The notes: generated from the letters alone by a model not told the origin. Counted from the first letter of the stretch, positions 26,879-36,606 are shown. The stretch: 64,000 nucleotides of DNA from Candidatus Tayloriibacteriota bacterium (GCA_943350765.1 CALRAJ010000003.1:65456-129455); one strand, 5' to 3'. A program made the numbers and translations.

Positions 26879-27964
26879 ATGAATATTTCAGGTGGAATAG
26901 AGACTACGAGTATAAGTACGGGGACGATCATTCGGGTATTTCTCGTAGCATTATTTTTTGTAGTGCTGTATGTGGTGCGGGATCTTGTGTTGGTAGTGCT
27001 TACTGCAATAGTTTTGGCTTCCTCTATAGAGCCAGTGATAAAATGGTGTCGCAAGTTTCGTATCCCCAGATTGATGACTGTGATTGGAGTCTATATAGGG
27101 CTAGTGCTTACGATACTTGGCCTTTTTTACTATTTTGTCCCCATCTTGCTATCAGATGTGCTTTTATATCTGAAAGATTTGCCACACAGCGTCAGTATTT
27201 CTGATTTGCTAGGTCCTCTAAAGGATAGTAATTTTTTCAGTGCTTCTCAGTCAGTAGGTATTCCGCAGGAGTTTTCTATCAAAGAGCTTGCCGACAGTAC
27301 TCAAAAAGTTCTCGCCAGCTCGTCTCAAGGTTTCGTAAAGGTCGCGGGGACATTTTTCGGCGGTTTGATAAACTTTATCCTTATTATGGTCATCTCTTTT
27401 TACTTGGCAGCTCAGGAAGATGGGGTGGTCGATTTTCTAAGGATTATTGTACCAGTCAAAAATCAAAAATATGTCCTAGATCTTTGGAAGAGGTCTCAGC
27501 TCAAGATCGGATATTGGATGCAGGGGCAGTTTTTCCTAGCATTTTTCATCGGACTTTTAGTGTGGCTTTTTCTGGCTATATTTGTGGGTGTTAAATATGC
27601 GTTTACCCTCGCTGTTTTGGCGGCGGTGTGTGAGCTGATCCCTATTTTTGGACCACTTATCGCTGCTATACCAGGAGTGCTTGTGGTGGGAGGGGAAGGT
27701 GGAACACAAATGGGGGTCATTGTGGCACTTATATATTTACTCATACAGCAGTTTGAAAACCACCTTATTTATCCTATGGTGGTGAGGAAAATCGTGGGTG
27801 TGTCGCCGATACTGGTCATTGTGTCTCTTGTTATCGGGCTCAAGCTGGCGGGCTTTCTCGGCGTAATCCTCTCAGTACCACTCGCGGCGGTGTTTATGGA
27901 GTATGTCCATGATGTGGAGCTGGATAAGAGAGCGGAGCACGAGCGTTTGGCTCAGATTGGGTAG
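26879..27964 (+). CDS. AI-2E family transporter (PerM/UPF0118)
   Basis: 8 TM helices with IPIFGPLIAAIPGVLV. Confidence 0.7.
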   Translation: MNISGGIETTSISTGTIIRVFLVALFFVVLYVVRDLVLVVLTAIVLASSIEPVIKWCRKFRIPRLMTVIGVYIGLVLTILGLFYYFVPILLSDVLLYLKDLPHSVSISDLLGPLKDSNFFSASQSVGIPQEFSIKELADSTQKVLASSSQGFVKVAGTFFGGLINFILIMVISFYLAAQEDGVVDFLRIIVPVKNQKYVLDLWKRSQLKIGYWMQGQFFLAFFIGLLVWLFLAIFVGVKYAFTLAVLAAVCELIPIFGPLIAAIPGVLVVGGEGGTQMGVIVALIYLLIQQFENHLIYPMVVRKIVGVSPILVIVSLVIGLKLAGFLGVILSVPLAAVFMEYVHDVELDKRAEHERLAQIG

Positions 27965-27989
27965 ATGGGGGTATTACTTATACTGAGAG

Positions 27990-28112
27990 CCATAAAATTC
28001 TTTCTCGGCATATCTTTTAAAAGGCACGAATATTTTCTTGGTAGAAAATTTCTCAGTCTCGGCTACCCGCCTTGCGAAGTCCTTTTAAAAGATACGCCTT
28101 CAACGAATTTTA
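27990..28112 (+). repeat. MITE-like structured repeat, family F1 copy B
   Basis: Terminal inverted repeats ccataaaattc...gaattttatgg flank the conserved core. Sits in the metG leader. Confidence 0.6.
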
Positions 28113-28137
28113 TGGCATGGCGAAAGATTTGCTTTAT

Positions 28138-29574
28138 ATGAAAAAACAAAATACATTTTACATTACGACCCCGATTTTTTACCCTAATGCTGAGTTGCAT
28201 ATGGGCAATGTGTACCCAGTGATACTCTGTGATATTTTAGCTCGATATCATAGGCTTATTGGCGATACCACATACTTTTTGACTGGTTCAGATGAACATT
28301 CGACCAAGGTAGTAAAAATGGCTGAAAAAGCTGGTAAAACTACAGAAGACTTTTTAAAGGTTACTGTTGGAGGTTTTAAAACTCTTTTTGCTTCGCTTGA
28401 TATTTCCCATGATCAGTTTATTCGTACTTCGGATCGTGAGATACATTGGCCTGGAGCTATTTTGATGTGGAATAAGCTAGTGGAGGCGGGGGACATTTAT
28501 AAGAAAAGCTACAAAGGTCTGTACTGTATTGGTTGTGAAGCTTTTGTGACCGAAAAGGATTTGGTGGGTGGTAAATGTCAGTACCATGACACTGTACCAG
28601 AGCTTCTTGAGGAGGAAAACTACTTCTTTAGACTTTCAAAGTATACCGAAAAGGTAAAGGAAAAGATTGTCTCGGGCGAGCTCAATGTTATGCCAGATTC
28701 TCGCAAGGCGGAAATCCTCGCACTACTAGATCGTGGGCTAGAGGATGTCAGCTTTTCCCGTCCAGCAAGCAAGAATCCATGGGCGATACCAGTACCAAAC
28801 GATCCCACTCAGACTATGTATGTCTGGTGTGATGCACTTGTAAACTATATCTCGGCTATTGGCTACGGACGGGACGATAAAATGTTCGAGATTTACTGGC
28901 CGGTAGATTTTCATGTTATCGGCAAGGATATTTTGCGTTTCCATACGGCTTTTTGGCCAGCGATGCTTATGTCTGCGGGTCTTCCTTTACCAAAAAATAT
29001 CCTCGTGCACGGTATGATTCTCTCTGGCGGACGAAAAATGTCAAAAACTCTTGGTAATGTGATAGATCCACAAGTGCACATCGCAGAATATGGCAAGGAC
29101 GCTTTTCGATATTTTATCGCTCGACACCTTTCTACATTTGAGGACAGTGAAATAACCCCTGAGTCGTACAAAGATGCCTACAATGCCAACCTCGCCAACG
29201 GCATTGGAAACCTCGTCTCTCGAGTAATGAAAATGGTGGTCTCATACGATATATCGTACGAAATAGTAATGGGGGAGAATAAGCTGATTAAAGAATATTC
29301 AGCACATCTCGACCGTTTTGAAATAAATAAAGCGATTGATATTGTCTTTGCAAAAGTTGGTGAGCTAGATGCATTTATCCAGACCAGTCAGCCGTTTAAG
29401 ACTATCAAAACTGATTCTAAAAAGGCCCATGCGGATATCGCGTATCTCGCACAGGAGCTGTATGTGGTAGGAGAGGCTCTTGCACCATTTATGCCAGAAA
29501 CTTCAGCGACGATCATGTCACTCGTGGCTTCAAAGAAGTCCCCAGAGAAACCTTTGTTTGAGAGGAGGATGTAA
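28138..29574 (+). CDS. metG: methionyl-tRNA synthetase
   Basis: TPIFYPNAELHMGNVY (HIGH-type) and KMSKTLGN. Start taken at MKKQNTFYITTPIFY, after the repeat. Confidence 0.85.
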   Translation: MKKQNTFYITTPIFYPNAELHMGNVYPVILCDILARYHRLIGDTTYFLTGSDEHSTKVVKMAEKAGKTTEDFLKVTVGGFKTLFASLDISHDQFIRTSDREIHWPGAILMWNKLVEAGDIYKKSYKGLYCIGCEAFVTEKDLVGGKCQYHDTVPELLEEENYFFRLSKYTEKVKEKIVSGELNVMPDSRKAEILALLDRGLEDVSFSRPASKNPWAIPVPNDPTQTMYVWCDALVNYISAIGYGRDDKMFEIYWPVDFHVIGKDILRFHTAFWPAMLMSAGLPLPKNILVHGMILSGGRKMSKTLGNVIDPQVHIAEYGKDAFRYFIARHLSTFEDSEITPESYKDAYNANLANGIGNLVSRVMKMVVSYDISYEIVMGENKLIKEYSAHLDRFEINKAIDIVFAKVGELDAFIQTSQPFKTIKTDSKKAHADIAYLAQELYVVGEALAPFMPETSATIMSLVASKKSPEKPLFERRM

Positions 29575-29588
29575 TAAACGAAAAGATA

Positions 29589-29870
29589 ATGGATGTTAAA
29601 AAAATTAAGGAACAATTAGAAAGAGAAAGTTTCAAGCATGTTTTTGAGTGGGAAGATGCACCTGATATTGAGTATCAAAAGCACTCTCATAAAGACAAGG
29701 TGGTTTTCTATATAGTTTATGGCGGTGTGACTATGTATTTCGGAGACAAGACACTTGAGTTTAAAAAAGGCGATCGTTTTGATGTTCCGGTTGGGATTGA
29801 ACATACAGCAAAAGTAGGGAATCAGGGTTGTAAATGGGTGGTAGGAGAGATGATTGAGGGTGACGCTTAG
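29589..29870 (+). CDS. cupin-domain protein
   Basis: 93 aa with GDKTLEFKKGDRFDVPVGIEHTAK, a cupin_2-like beta-barrel signature. Confidence 0.5.
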   Translation: MDVKKIKEQLERESFKHVFEWEDAPDIEYQKHSHKDKVVFYIVYGGVTMYFGDKTLEFKKGDRFDVPVGIEHTAKVGNQGCKWVVGEMIEGDA

Positions 29871-29884
29871 TCGCTCAACCAAGC

Positions 29885-29925
29885 CATTTGAACGGCTCAA
29901 CAGGCGTGTTGAGCCGTTCAAATTC
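29885..29925 (+). terminator. palindromic hairpin catttgaacggctcaacag-gcg-tgttgagccgttcaaattc
   Basis: Perfect inverted repeat. Same family as 7838-7873. Confidence 0.5.
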
Positions 29926-30172
29926 AGATAAATTCTAAAATAAGAGCTTCTATCCTATTGACAGATAGTTAAGACTGGTATATAATGTATATAGAATTTT
30001 GAGTCATTGAAAATATGCAAATTCGCCACAGCTTTGGCCTCGAAAGGGCTTTTGAGTCGAAAGCTGTGGCGAAACATCATCTTTTTCGGAACACTCTTCT
30101 TGGTGGGTTTGGTAGTAAACCAAGGCACGCGAAGACTCCAGAAAAAATGGTGCAATAGCCGGCAAAAACACA

Positions 30173-30823
30173 ATGAGCAATCAAAACAATCAGACCGCAG
30201 CTGCTATCGGGGCTATCACAAACGCGGTGGACTGGGAAGCCCAAGGTCTCAACCTCCAGGCTATCGTCGAGGCTGGAAACCAAGGCAAGCTTGGTGGCCC
30301 GCTCACGAAGTGGTTCATCGAGTATGGCTGGCTTACCCCGGCGCAAGCGATGAAAGTCGAAGTCCTGCCGAAAGACGCAGAGCTTCCCAATGGCATCATC
30401 TCCATCAACCGCACCACTCCGCTTCGGCATCCCGAATGGGTGAAAGAACCTCTCTACGACGAGAGCATGGGTCCGGCCGAGATCGACCCATCGAAAGCCG
30501 AGCAGTGGCTCCACGACAGCCAGAAAACTGGTGTCGTCACCGGCACGGTAATCCACGATTATCTTGTCGAGAAAAAGATGATCGAGAGTTGCTATGGCCT
30601 CCGCGAATTGCTCGCCATCCAGGCCAAAGGCATCGCCTACTTCCGCAAGCATTTCAAAGGCATGGCCGTCTTCGGCTGGAAGGGCACGGTGCGGCATCGC
30701 GACGACAACCTTCACGTCCCGTATCTCGTCGATGACGGCGGCAAGGTCATCCTGCACTGGTACTGGCTCGACAACGACTGGAGTTCCCGCAACCCCGCCC
30801 TTCGCGTCGCAAGTGGCTCTTGA
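30173..30823 (+). CDS. hypothetical protein in GC-rich islet
   Basis: 216 aa. The GC-rich segment starts abruptly near 30000. Overlapping antisense ORFs are probably artefacts. The 3' end is duplicated at 31204-31331. Confidence 0.4.
   Translation: MSNQNNQTAAAIGAITNAVDWEAQGLNLQAIVEAGNQGKLGGPLTKWFIEYGWLTPAQAMKVEVLPKDAELPNGIISINRTTPLRHPEWVKEPLYDESMGPAEIDPSKAEQWLHDSQKTGVVTGTVIHDYLVEKKMIESCYGLRELLAIQAKGIAYFRKHFKGMAVFGWKGTVRHRDDNLHVPYLVDDGGKVILHWYWLDNDWSSRNPALRVASGS
30686..30812 (+). repeat. direct repeat DR1 (3' end of ORF 30173-30823)
   Basis: About 127 bp, near-identical to 31204-31331. Confidence 0.6.
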
Positions 30824-30872
30824 GCCCTTGGATACTCGGGCACTTCGGGTCCTTGGACCCTTTGTGCTTTGA

Positions 30873-30910
30873 CCCTCCGCACTGAAAAGTGTGTGAGGGT
30901 TTTCTTTTTA
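30873..30910 (+). terminator. rho-independent terminator
   Basis: ccctccgcac tgaaaa gtgtgtgaggg followed by ttttcttttt. Confidence 0.45.
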
Positions 30911-31203
30911 TACTGAAGACAATATGCTAAAATTCTTAGTGGTAGTAGGTGAATATGCGGGCGGTCAAGGCTTCCCGCTACCGAACCCAGTATCCATGAG
31001 CTGAGAGCGTCTGCGGTCACGGCTTCAGACGGAGGGCTCATGCCGTCTACAGGTGCCTATCATGGACTTGTAGGCTAGACACTTCAAAAAAAGAAGTTAC
31101 TTGGTGAAGAGGACTGGTGCATTATGATGCAAAATACGATTCAACTCTGAGATCGCTACGGGGCTTCGAGGGGTGGTGTTACAGATGGTCTTCTTCACAA
31201 TAC

Positions 31204-31331
31204 GACGGTGCGGCATCGCGACGACAACCTTCACGTCCCGTATCTCTACGATGACGGCGACAAGGTCATCCTGAACTGGAACTGGCTCGACAACGACTGG
31301 AGTTCCCGCAACCCCGCCCTTCGCGTCGCAA
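31204..31331 (+). repeat. direct repeat DR2 (truncated second copy of the ORF 3' end)
   Basis: Encodes TVRHRDDNLHVPYLYDDGDKVILNWNWLDNDWSSRNPALRVA. There are 4 nonsynonymous differences from DR1. Confidence 0.6.
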
Positions 31332-31392
31332 CTCACTTCATTTCCCAGTGCCACAAAATGTGGCGCTGGGTTTTTTATGTTATTATTTTATT

Positions 31393-32193
31393 ATGTCTTT
31401 TAAATACCTCGATATTCACTCCCACCTCCAAATGTCAGAGTATGATGCTGATCGGGAAGCCGTACTTGCACGGATGAAAGAGGCTGGGGTGGGGACTATT
31501 GTAGTGGGAGTAGACTACGAGAGTTCTAAACGGGCGGTGGAGCTCGCAGAAAAACATGCTGAAATATACTCTTGTATTGGCTTACACCCAAAAGATAATC
31601 TAGCGGAGGTATTTGATGTTGAAGCATATAGAAAACTCACTCAAAATCCAAAGGTCGTAGCGATAGGGGAATGCGGGCTCGACTTTTTCCGCATGGAGGG
31701 CGACTCAGGAAAAGTCGAAGAAACAAAGTCTCGTCAGAAGCAACTTTTTATACAACAAATCGAGCTGGCGATAGCGGTAGGTATACCCCTCATGCTTCAC
31801 TGTCGTGACGCCTACCGAGAAGTGCTGGATATACTTATTCCTTATAAAAAAGAGGCGGGGGAGAGACTGTATGGCGATGTACACTTTTTCGCTGGCGATA
31901 CAGAGACAGCGCGAGAGTTTATCGAGCTTGGTTTTTCTTTGTCTTTTACTGGGGTAATCACTTTTGCTCGCAATTATGACGAGGTTATTCGTTCTATACC
32001 ACTCGAAAGCATTCTTTCCGAGACAGACGCACCTTTTGTGGCACCAATACCATATCGAGGCAAGCGGAATGAGCCTGCCTATGTGGTTGAGGTGGTAAGA
32101 AAGCTTGCCGAGATACGCGGGGAAGATTTTGAGAAAGTCCGTACTCAGCTCCTTGAGAACACAAGACGAGTGTTTGGTCTATCACTCCTATAG
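31393..32193 (+). CDS. tatD: TatD-family metal-dependent deoxyribonuclease/hydrolase
   Basis: YLDIHSHL and AIGECGLDF motifs. Start taken at MSFKYLD. Confidence 0.75.
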   Translation: MSFKYLDIHSHLQMSEYDADREAVLARMKEAGVGTIVVGVDYESSKRAVELAEKHAEIYSCIGLHPKDNLAEVFDVEAYRKLTQNPKVVAIGECGLDFFRMEGDSGKVEETKSRQKQLFIQQIELAIAVGIPLMLHCRDAYREVLDILIPYKKEAGERLYGDVHFFAGDTETAREFIELGFSLSFTGVITFARNYDEVIRSIPLESILSETDAPFVAPIPYRGKRNEPAYVVEVVRKLAEIRGEDFEKVRTQLLENTRRVFGLSLL

Positions 32194-32252
32194 TCTTATC
32201 TATCGCCAAGGAGCTCTTGTATTTATGAACTCACTGTGTTAGTCTATATTCT

Positions 32253-32744
32253 ATGCAAAACAAAGAGAATATCGTGAGCGAAACAGAAATATACGAAGTC
32301 GGCTACCATATTATGCCATCTGTACTAGAGGAAAAGCTTCCGCTAGAGGTGTCTGCTATTGAGTCAGCTATTGTAGAAAAGAATGGCGGAGTAATCATCT
32401 CTAGTGAAACTCCATCAAAAATCGAGCTTGCCTACACCATGGCAAAGAAAGTTGGATCTACCCGATACAAGTGTGATGAGGCTTATTTTGGCTGGATCAA
32501 GTTTGAGATGCCGGCTTCAAATGTAAACACGCTCAAGACATTTCTCGATGCACAGGACAATATCCTTCGTTTTATTCTCATTAAAACTGTACGAGAAAAC
32601 ACTCTTGTGGGTGCAAAGTTGCTTGCAGATGAAAAGTCTGCACTTATTCCAAAGGAGGATGTAAAATCCGAGCTCAAGGTAGCTAAAACATCTGCAACTG
32701 AGGCTGAGATTGATAAAACTATCGATGAATTAGTAAAAGCATAA
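32253..32744 (+). CDS. rpsF: 30S ribosomal protein S6 with C-terminal extension
   Basis: YEVGYHIMPS...LAYTMAKK pattern, and position directly upstream of ssb and rpsR. Confidence 0.6.
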   Translation: MQNKENIVSETEIYEVGYHIMPSVLEEKLPLEVSAIESAIVEKNGGVIISSETPSKIELAYTMAKKVGSTRYKCDEAYFGWIKFEMPASNVNTLKTFLDAQDNILRFILIKTVRENTLVGAKLLADEKSALIPKEDVKSELKVAKTSATEAEIDKTIDELVKA

Positions 32745-32757
32745 CCATTATTTTATT

Positions 32758-33246
32758 ATGTTTCTAAATCACGCTATCGTTATAGGTAATTTGACAAGAG
32801 ACCCTGAGGTCAAGTCTTTACCATCTGGGATCAAGGTTACTACATTTTCTGTTGCCACAAACCGTGTCTGGAAAGATAAGGCTGGGGTCAAGCAGGAGAG
32901 TGCCGACTATCACAATGTTGTGGTGTTTGGACGATCGGCCGAGACCGCAGGGCAGTATTTAAAAAAGGGTCAGACGGCGATGGTGGAGGGACGCATGCAG
33001 ACTAGGAGCTGGGACGATGCTTCTGGGGTCAAGAAATACCGCACTGAGATTGTTGCTGACCGAGTGCAGTTTGGTCCAAAGGCTGTGGCAGGAGGAGGGA
33101 CGGGAGGAGGCTTTGCTCCACAGTCAGGCTCAGGTACTACTAGTAGTAGTGCAAAGGGTACCCCAGCAGATGATCAGAAAGCACCACCCTTGGACGCGAT
33201 CGAGTATCCAGAAGAAGAGATAAACCCAGACGACATTCCATTTTAA
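32758..33246 (+). CDS. ssb: single-stranded DNA-binding protein
   Basis: OB-fold NHAIVIGNLTRDPEV...; Gly-rich linker; acidic C-terminal tail DDIPF. Confidence 0.85.
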   Translation: MFLNHAIVIGNLTRDPEVKSLPSGIKVTTFSVATNRVWKDKAGVKQESADYHNVVVFGRSAETAGQYLKKGQTAMVEGRMQTRSWDDASGVKKYRTEIVADRVQFGPKAVAGGGTGGGFAPQSGSGTTSSSAKGTPADDQKAPPLDAIEYPEEEINPDDIPF

Positions 33247-33443
33247 GTGAATTGACCCAGATTTTGGAATGTAGCCGTGAACAAAAGATGGTAGTCAAAC
33301 CTTAACCCAGCACCATTTATCGGACTTTACTTTTAATCATAATCTTGCTATACTGCAGAAACAAATAATAAATAGAGTGAGGTCTACGAAAATGGTGCTG
33401 GGTCATTATTTTCAAAAACTCGCTCTACTCGTTAAGAAAATAT

Positions 33444-33644
33444 ATGAAACAGTGCTTTTTTTCTAAAAACAACATTAAACATATTGACTACAAGGACACC
33501 GAGATCTTGAAAAAGTTCTTGAATCCTCATGCTCGTATGCTAGCTCGAAAGAAGACAAGTGTGAGTGCAAAGAGCCAGAGACAGCTATCTGAGGCGGTAA
33601 AGAGAGCACGATTTATGGGACTTATTCCCTTCATCGCTAGATAA
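33444..33644 (+). CDS. rpsR: 30S ribosomal protein S18
   Basis: DYKDTEILKKFLNPHARMLARKKTSVSAKSQRQLSEAVKRARFMGLIPF. Confidence 0.8.
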   Translation: MKQCFFSKNNIKHIDYKDTEILKKFLNPHARMLARKKTSVSAKSQRQLSEAVKRARFMGLIPFIAR

Positions 33645-33686
33645 CAGACGAGACGGTAGACAGTAGTAGTCAGACATTAGACAAAC

Positions 33687-33716
33687 AAAAAACCGCCAAA
33701 TGGCGGTTTTTTGTTT
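33687..33716. terminator. bidirectional terminator aaaaaaccgccaaatggcggtttttt
   Basis: Hairpin with A-tract before and T-tract after. Confidence 0.6.
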
Positions 33717-33772
33717 TGACAAACCATATCATGGGTGTGGTATACTTAGGTAGTATTAGTTATAATTAAAAT

Positions 33773-34048
33773 ATGTATAATAACCAAGAAAGACCTGAGA
33801 AAAGTTTTGTTTTGAGTCGACAAACTGCAAAAACGGGAGAATTCGTAGTATCAGATGAGGTAGTTATATCAGGAACTCATCAAGATGGGGGAAAGTCAAT
33901 TGGTGTTTCCTTTCACAAAGATGAGGTTGTCACTATTGTGCATGAAGATGAGGCTGGGGTCGTAATCTCAGCTCCAAGATTTATGTTAAATGTATTGTTG
34001 AAATGGGAAGATCTTGAAGAATCCAATCTAAGTTTAAGGGAACAGTAA
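33773..34048 (+). CDS. hypothetical small protein
   Basis: 91 aa, isolated between two strong terminators. Confidence 0.3.
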   Translation: MYNNQERPEKSFVLSRQTAKTGEFVVSDEVVISGTHQDGGKSIGVSFHKDEVVTIVHEDEAGVVISAPRFMLNVLLKWEDLEESNLSLREQ

Positions 34049-34053
34049 TAACA

Positions 34054-34083
34054 AAAAAACCGCCTATGGCGGTTTTTTTTGTT
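34054..34083. terminator. bidirectional terminator aaaaaaaccgcctatggcgguuuuuuuu
   Basis: Hairpin flanked by A- and T-tracts. Serves the convergent efp gene as well. Confidence 0.6.
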
Positions 34084-34122
34084 TGTCTAATGTCTAATTA
34101 CTAAAATCTAGTGTCTATTTTG

Positions 34123-34695
34123 CTACTTCCCAACTCGTTCACTATACTCCTCGGTTTCAGTATTTATTTTAATCACATCGCCCTGGTTTACAAACATCGG
34201 TACATTGATTTCAGCACCAGTTTCTAGGGTAACTCGCTTACTGCCTCCTGAGATGGTATTGCCTTTGACTGCGTCTACTGCTTCGGTTACTTTGAGCTCG
34301 ACTGAAATAGGGAACTTGAAGCCAATAATCTTTTCCTCAAAAGTCATCAGGTCGATGACACTATTAGCCTTGAGAAACTTGGCTCGAGTGCCAGCCACCT
34401 CCTCTGTCACAGAAAATCTCTTGCTAGCATCTCTTTCTTCACAGAACCAATATTCGCCACGGTTTTTGTAGAGAAACTTTACCTGTCGCGTATCTATTTC
34501 GGCTTCCGCAATCTTTTCAGATACATGGAAAGAATGCTCTGTTACCTTACCTGTCAGAAGGTTTCTGATTTTCGTTGCATTGACAGGTTTTCGTTGTTGT
34601 TTGCGAAAAACATGCGAGGTGATTACTTCGTAGGGAGCACCTTCAAAAACAATGTATTTCTTTTCTACTACTTCGCTATAATCGAGCATTGCCAT
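34123..34695 (-). CDS. efp: translation elongation factor P
   Basis: MAMLDYSEV...RKQQRKPVNATKIRNLLTGKV is the KOW-like N-domain carrying the modified-Lys loop region. Length about 190 aa. Confidence 0.85.
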   Translation of the reverse strand: MAMLDYSEVVEKKYIVFEGAPYEVITSHVFRKQQRKPVNATKIRNLLTGKVTEHSFHVSEKIAEAEIDTRQVKFLYKNRGEYWFCEERDASKRFSVTEEVAGTRAKFLKANSVIDLMTFEEKIIGFKFPISVELKVTEAVDAVKGNTISGGSKRVTLETGAEINVPMFVNQGDVIKINTETEEYSERVGK

Positions 34696-34872
34696 AGGGA
34701 TCTTGGATAATTGAGTAATGAGGCTTCATTCTATAGGAGTAAATGAAAAAAGTCCAATCTTTGGAAGTAAAATACCCCCCACGGCGTACTCGCCGTGGGG
34801 GGTATTTTAGCTTTTTAACCTCCCAAAAACACGAAAATCGTTAAAAAACCAAAACGGCTCTGTAGAGCCACA

Positions 34873-34908
34873 CTAAACGGCTAAACACTCGTGTTTAGCC
34901 GTTTAAAT
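34873..34908. repeat. palindromic REP-like element ctaaacggctaaacactcgtgtttagccgtttaaa
   Basis: Same family as 1369 and 21227. Lies downstream of recA, so it is a likely terminator. Confidence 0.5.
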
Positions 34909-34917
34909 TTAACCTTT

Positions 34918-35967
34918 TTATTCCTCACTAGCCCCTGGAATCGGCAAACCACCGTCCTTGAGCTTTTCGCGTATTTTACTCAAGATTTCTTCTGCCACTT
35001 CCTTATTTTCTTTTAGGAACTGTCGAGTGGCATCATAGCCTCGGCCTAGCTTGACCTCGCCATAGCTGTAGCTGTTACCAGTTTTGTTTACAAGCTCCAT
35101 TTTTTCACCCAGAGCAATAATTTCACCCTCCCTAGATATACCCTCGTTGTACATGAGGTCAAATTCAGTTTGCTTAAAAGGTGCCGCTACTTTATTTTTT
35201 ACTACCTTCACTCTGATACGACCTCCCATTATCTCCTCACCTTTTTTGATTTGGGCAATACGACGAATGTCGAGACGGATAGAAGTATAAAACTTGAGGG
35301 CTTTGCCACCTGGGGTAGTTTCTGGATTGCCAAACATAACACCGATTTGCATACGGATTTGGTTGATAAAAATCACCAAGGTTTTACTCTTTGCGACTAT
35401 GGCAGTGAGTTTTCGGAGTGCCTGTGACATGAGACGAGCTTGTTTACCGACATGATGCGCTCCCATATCTCCCTCAATTTCATCTTTTGGAGTGAGGGCA
35501 GCGACTGAGTCGATCACGATCACATCCATTTTACCTGATCGGACGAGACTTTCCACTATTTCTAGTGCTTGCTCGCCGTTGTCTGGCTGGGATATTAGTA
35601 ATTCGTTTATTTTTACACCAAGTCGTCCAGCATAGTCAGGGTCCATAGCATGTTCAGCATCTATGAAAGCACAGATACCACCTGTCTTTTGGGCTTCTGC
35701 TATTATGTGGAGCGATAGGGTAGTCTTGCCGGATGACTCTGGTCCAAATATCTCGGCTATTCTACCGCGAGGCATTCCACCGACCCCGAGCGCTGCGTCT
35801 AGTCCGATAGATCCAGTAGGTATTGCATTCACATCTACTTTTGGCTTTGCACCGAGCATCATTATGGAGTCATCTCCAAATTTACTTCGTATCGCGTCAA
35901 GTGTATCATCGATATTGGCGGTGGTTGCTTTTAATTCTTTTTCTTTTTTAGGTTTACTGAAGGCCAT
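34918..35967 (-). CDS. recA: recombinase RecA
   Basis: [10 protein letters not shown] Walker A, and L1/L2 loop regions. Confidence 0.92.
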   Translation of the reverse strand: MAFSKPKKEKELKATTANIDDTLDAIRSKFGDDSIMMLGAKPKVDVNAIPTGSIGLDAALGVGGMPRGRIAEIFGPESSGKTTLSLHIIAEAQKTGGICAFIDAEHAMDPDYAGRLGVKINELLISQPDNGEQALEIVESLVRSGKMDVIVIDSVAALTPKDEIEGDMGAHHVGKQARLMSQALRKLTAIVAKSKTLVIFINQIRMQIGVMFGNPETTPGGKALKFYTSIRLDIRRIAQIKKGEEIMGGRIRVKVVKNKVAAPFKQTEFDLMYNEGISREGEIIALGEKMELVNKTGNSYSYGEVKLGRGYDATRQFLKENKEVAEEILSKIREKLKDGGLPIPGASEE

Positions 35968-35991
35968 TTTTATATGTATTAGTTTATAAAC

Positions 35992-36594
35992 TTATTTATT
36001 TTTTACCACAACCTCATCTTCAAAGCGAAGATTTAGACTTCTAATCTCATTTTCCATAGTCTCGGACATTGACACAATAGATGGTAATGTTTTTTCAATT
36101 TTATCTAATCTGATATTTGTTTCTCGTGCGTGATTATCCATATTGAAAAGTGTGGTATCAGTTCTTTTTTTAAAGTCGGTCATTTCCTCTTTAAACTCAA
36201 TCATTTCATCTTTGAATTCAGTGAATTCTTTTTTTGAAACTGTATTATCAAAGCCTTTCTTGGTAGATATAGCAAGATTATCGACTATTTCTGATAAATC
36301 ACTAATCGATTTAGTTACTTTTACCAAATCAGCTTTCGTCGCCATATTTTCAAGTACTTTGGCTAGATCAACCTTTGTCGCCATGCCACTAAGATCAGCT
36401 TTCGTCGCCATATTTTCAAGTACTTTGGCTAGATAAACCTTTGTTGCCATACCACTAAGGTCTGCTTTACTTGCCATACCCTTGATGTCAGCTTTTGTTG
36501 CCATACCCTTGATGTCAGCTTTTGTTGCCATACCTTTAAGAGATTTGGCGATTGTCTCAAGCGTTATTTTTTTCTTTTCCATTTTTTTATTCAT
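35992..36594 (-). CDS. hypothetical coiled-coil protein with tandem (K/S)GMATKADL repeats
   Basis: KGMATKADI appears six or more times, alternating with AKVLENMATKADL. Confidence 0.5.
   Translation of the reverse strand: MNKKMEKKKITLETIAKSLKGMATKADIKGMATKADIKGMASKADLSGMATKVYLAKVLENMATKADLSGMATKVDLAKVLENMATKADLVKVTKSISDLSEIVDNLAISTKKGFDNTVSKKEFTEFKDEMIEFKEEMTDFKKRTDTTLFNMDNHARETNIRLDKIEKTLPSIVSMSETMENEIRSLNLRFEDEVVVKNK
36300..36560. repeat. in-frame tandem DNA repeats (about 27-bp and 57-bp units)
   Basis: gccataccctt gatgtcagcttttgtt occurs twice; gtcgccatattttcaagtactttggctagat.aacctttgt.gccat.ccactaag.tc.gctttc occurs twice. Confidence 0.6.
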
Positions 36595-36606
36595 ACGGAT
36601 AGTATA

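Noticed and set aside
30007-30757. Overlapping plus and minus ORFs (242 aa and 226 aa) in the GC-rich islet
   Set aside because: Typical long spurious frames in high-GC DNA. The 30173-30823 frame has a sensible start context and amino-acid composition, so only that one is kept.
30930-31080. Structured-looking segment gaatatgcgggcggtcaaggcttcccgctaccgaacc... as tmRNA, SRP RNA or RNase P RNA
   Set aside because: None of the conserved boxes of those RNAs (tag reading frame, SRP domain IV, RNase P GGAAAGUCCGGGC) are present. Left as unassigned possible ncRNA within the GC islet finding.
36300-36560. Possible CRISPR array because of regular short direct repeats
   Set aside because: The repeats are contiguous, in-frame and translate into the KGMATKADL protein repeats. 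There are no unique spacers and no cas genes nearby.
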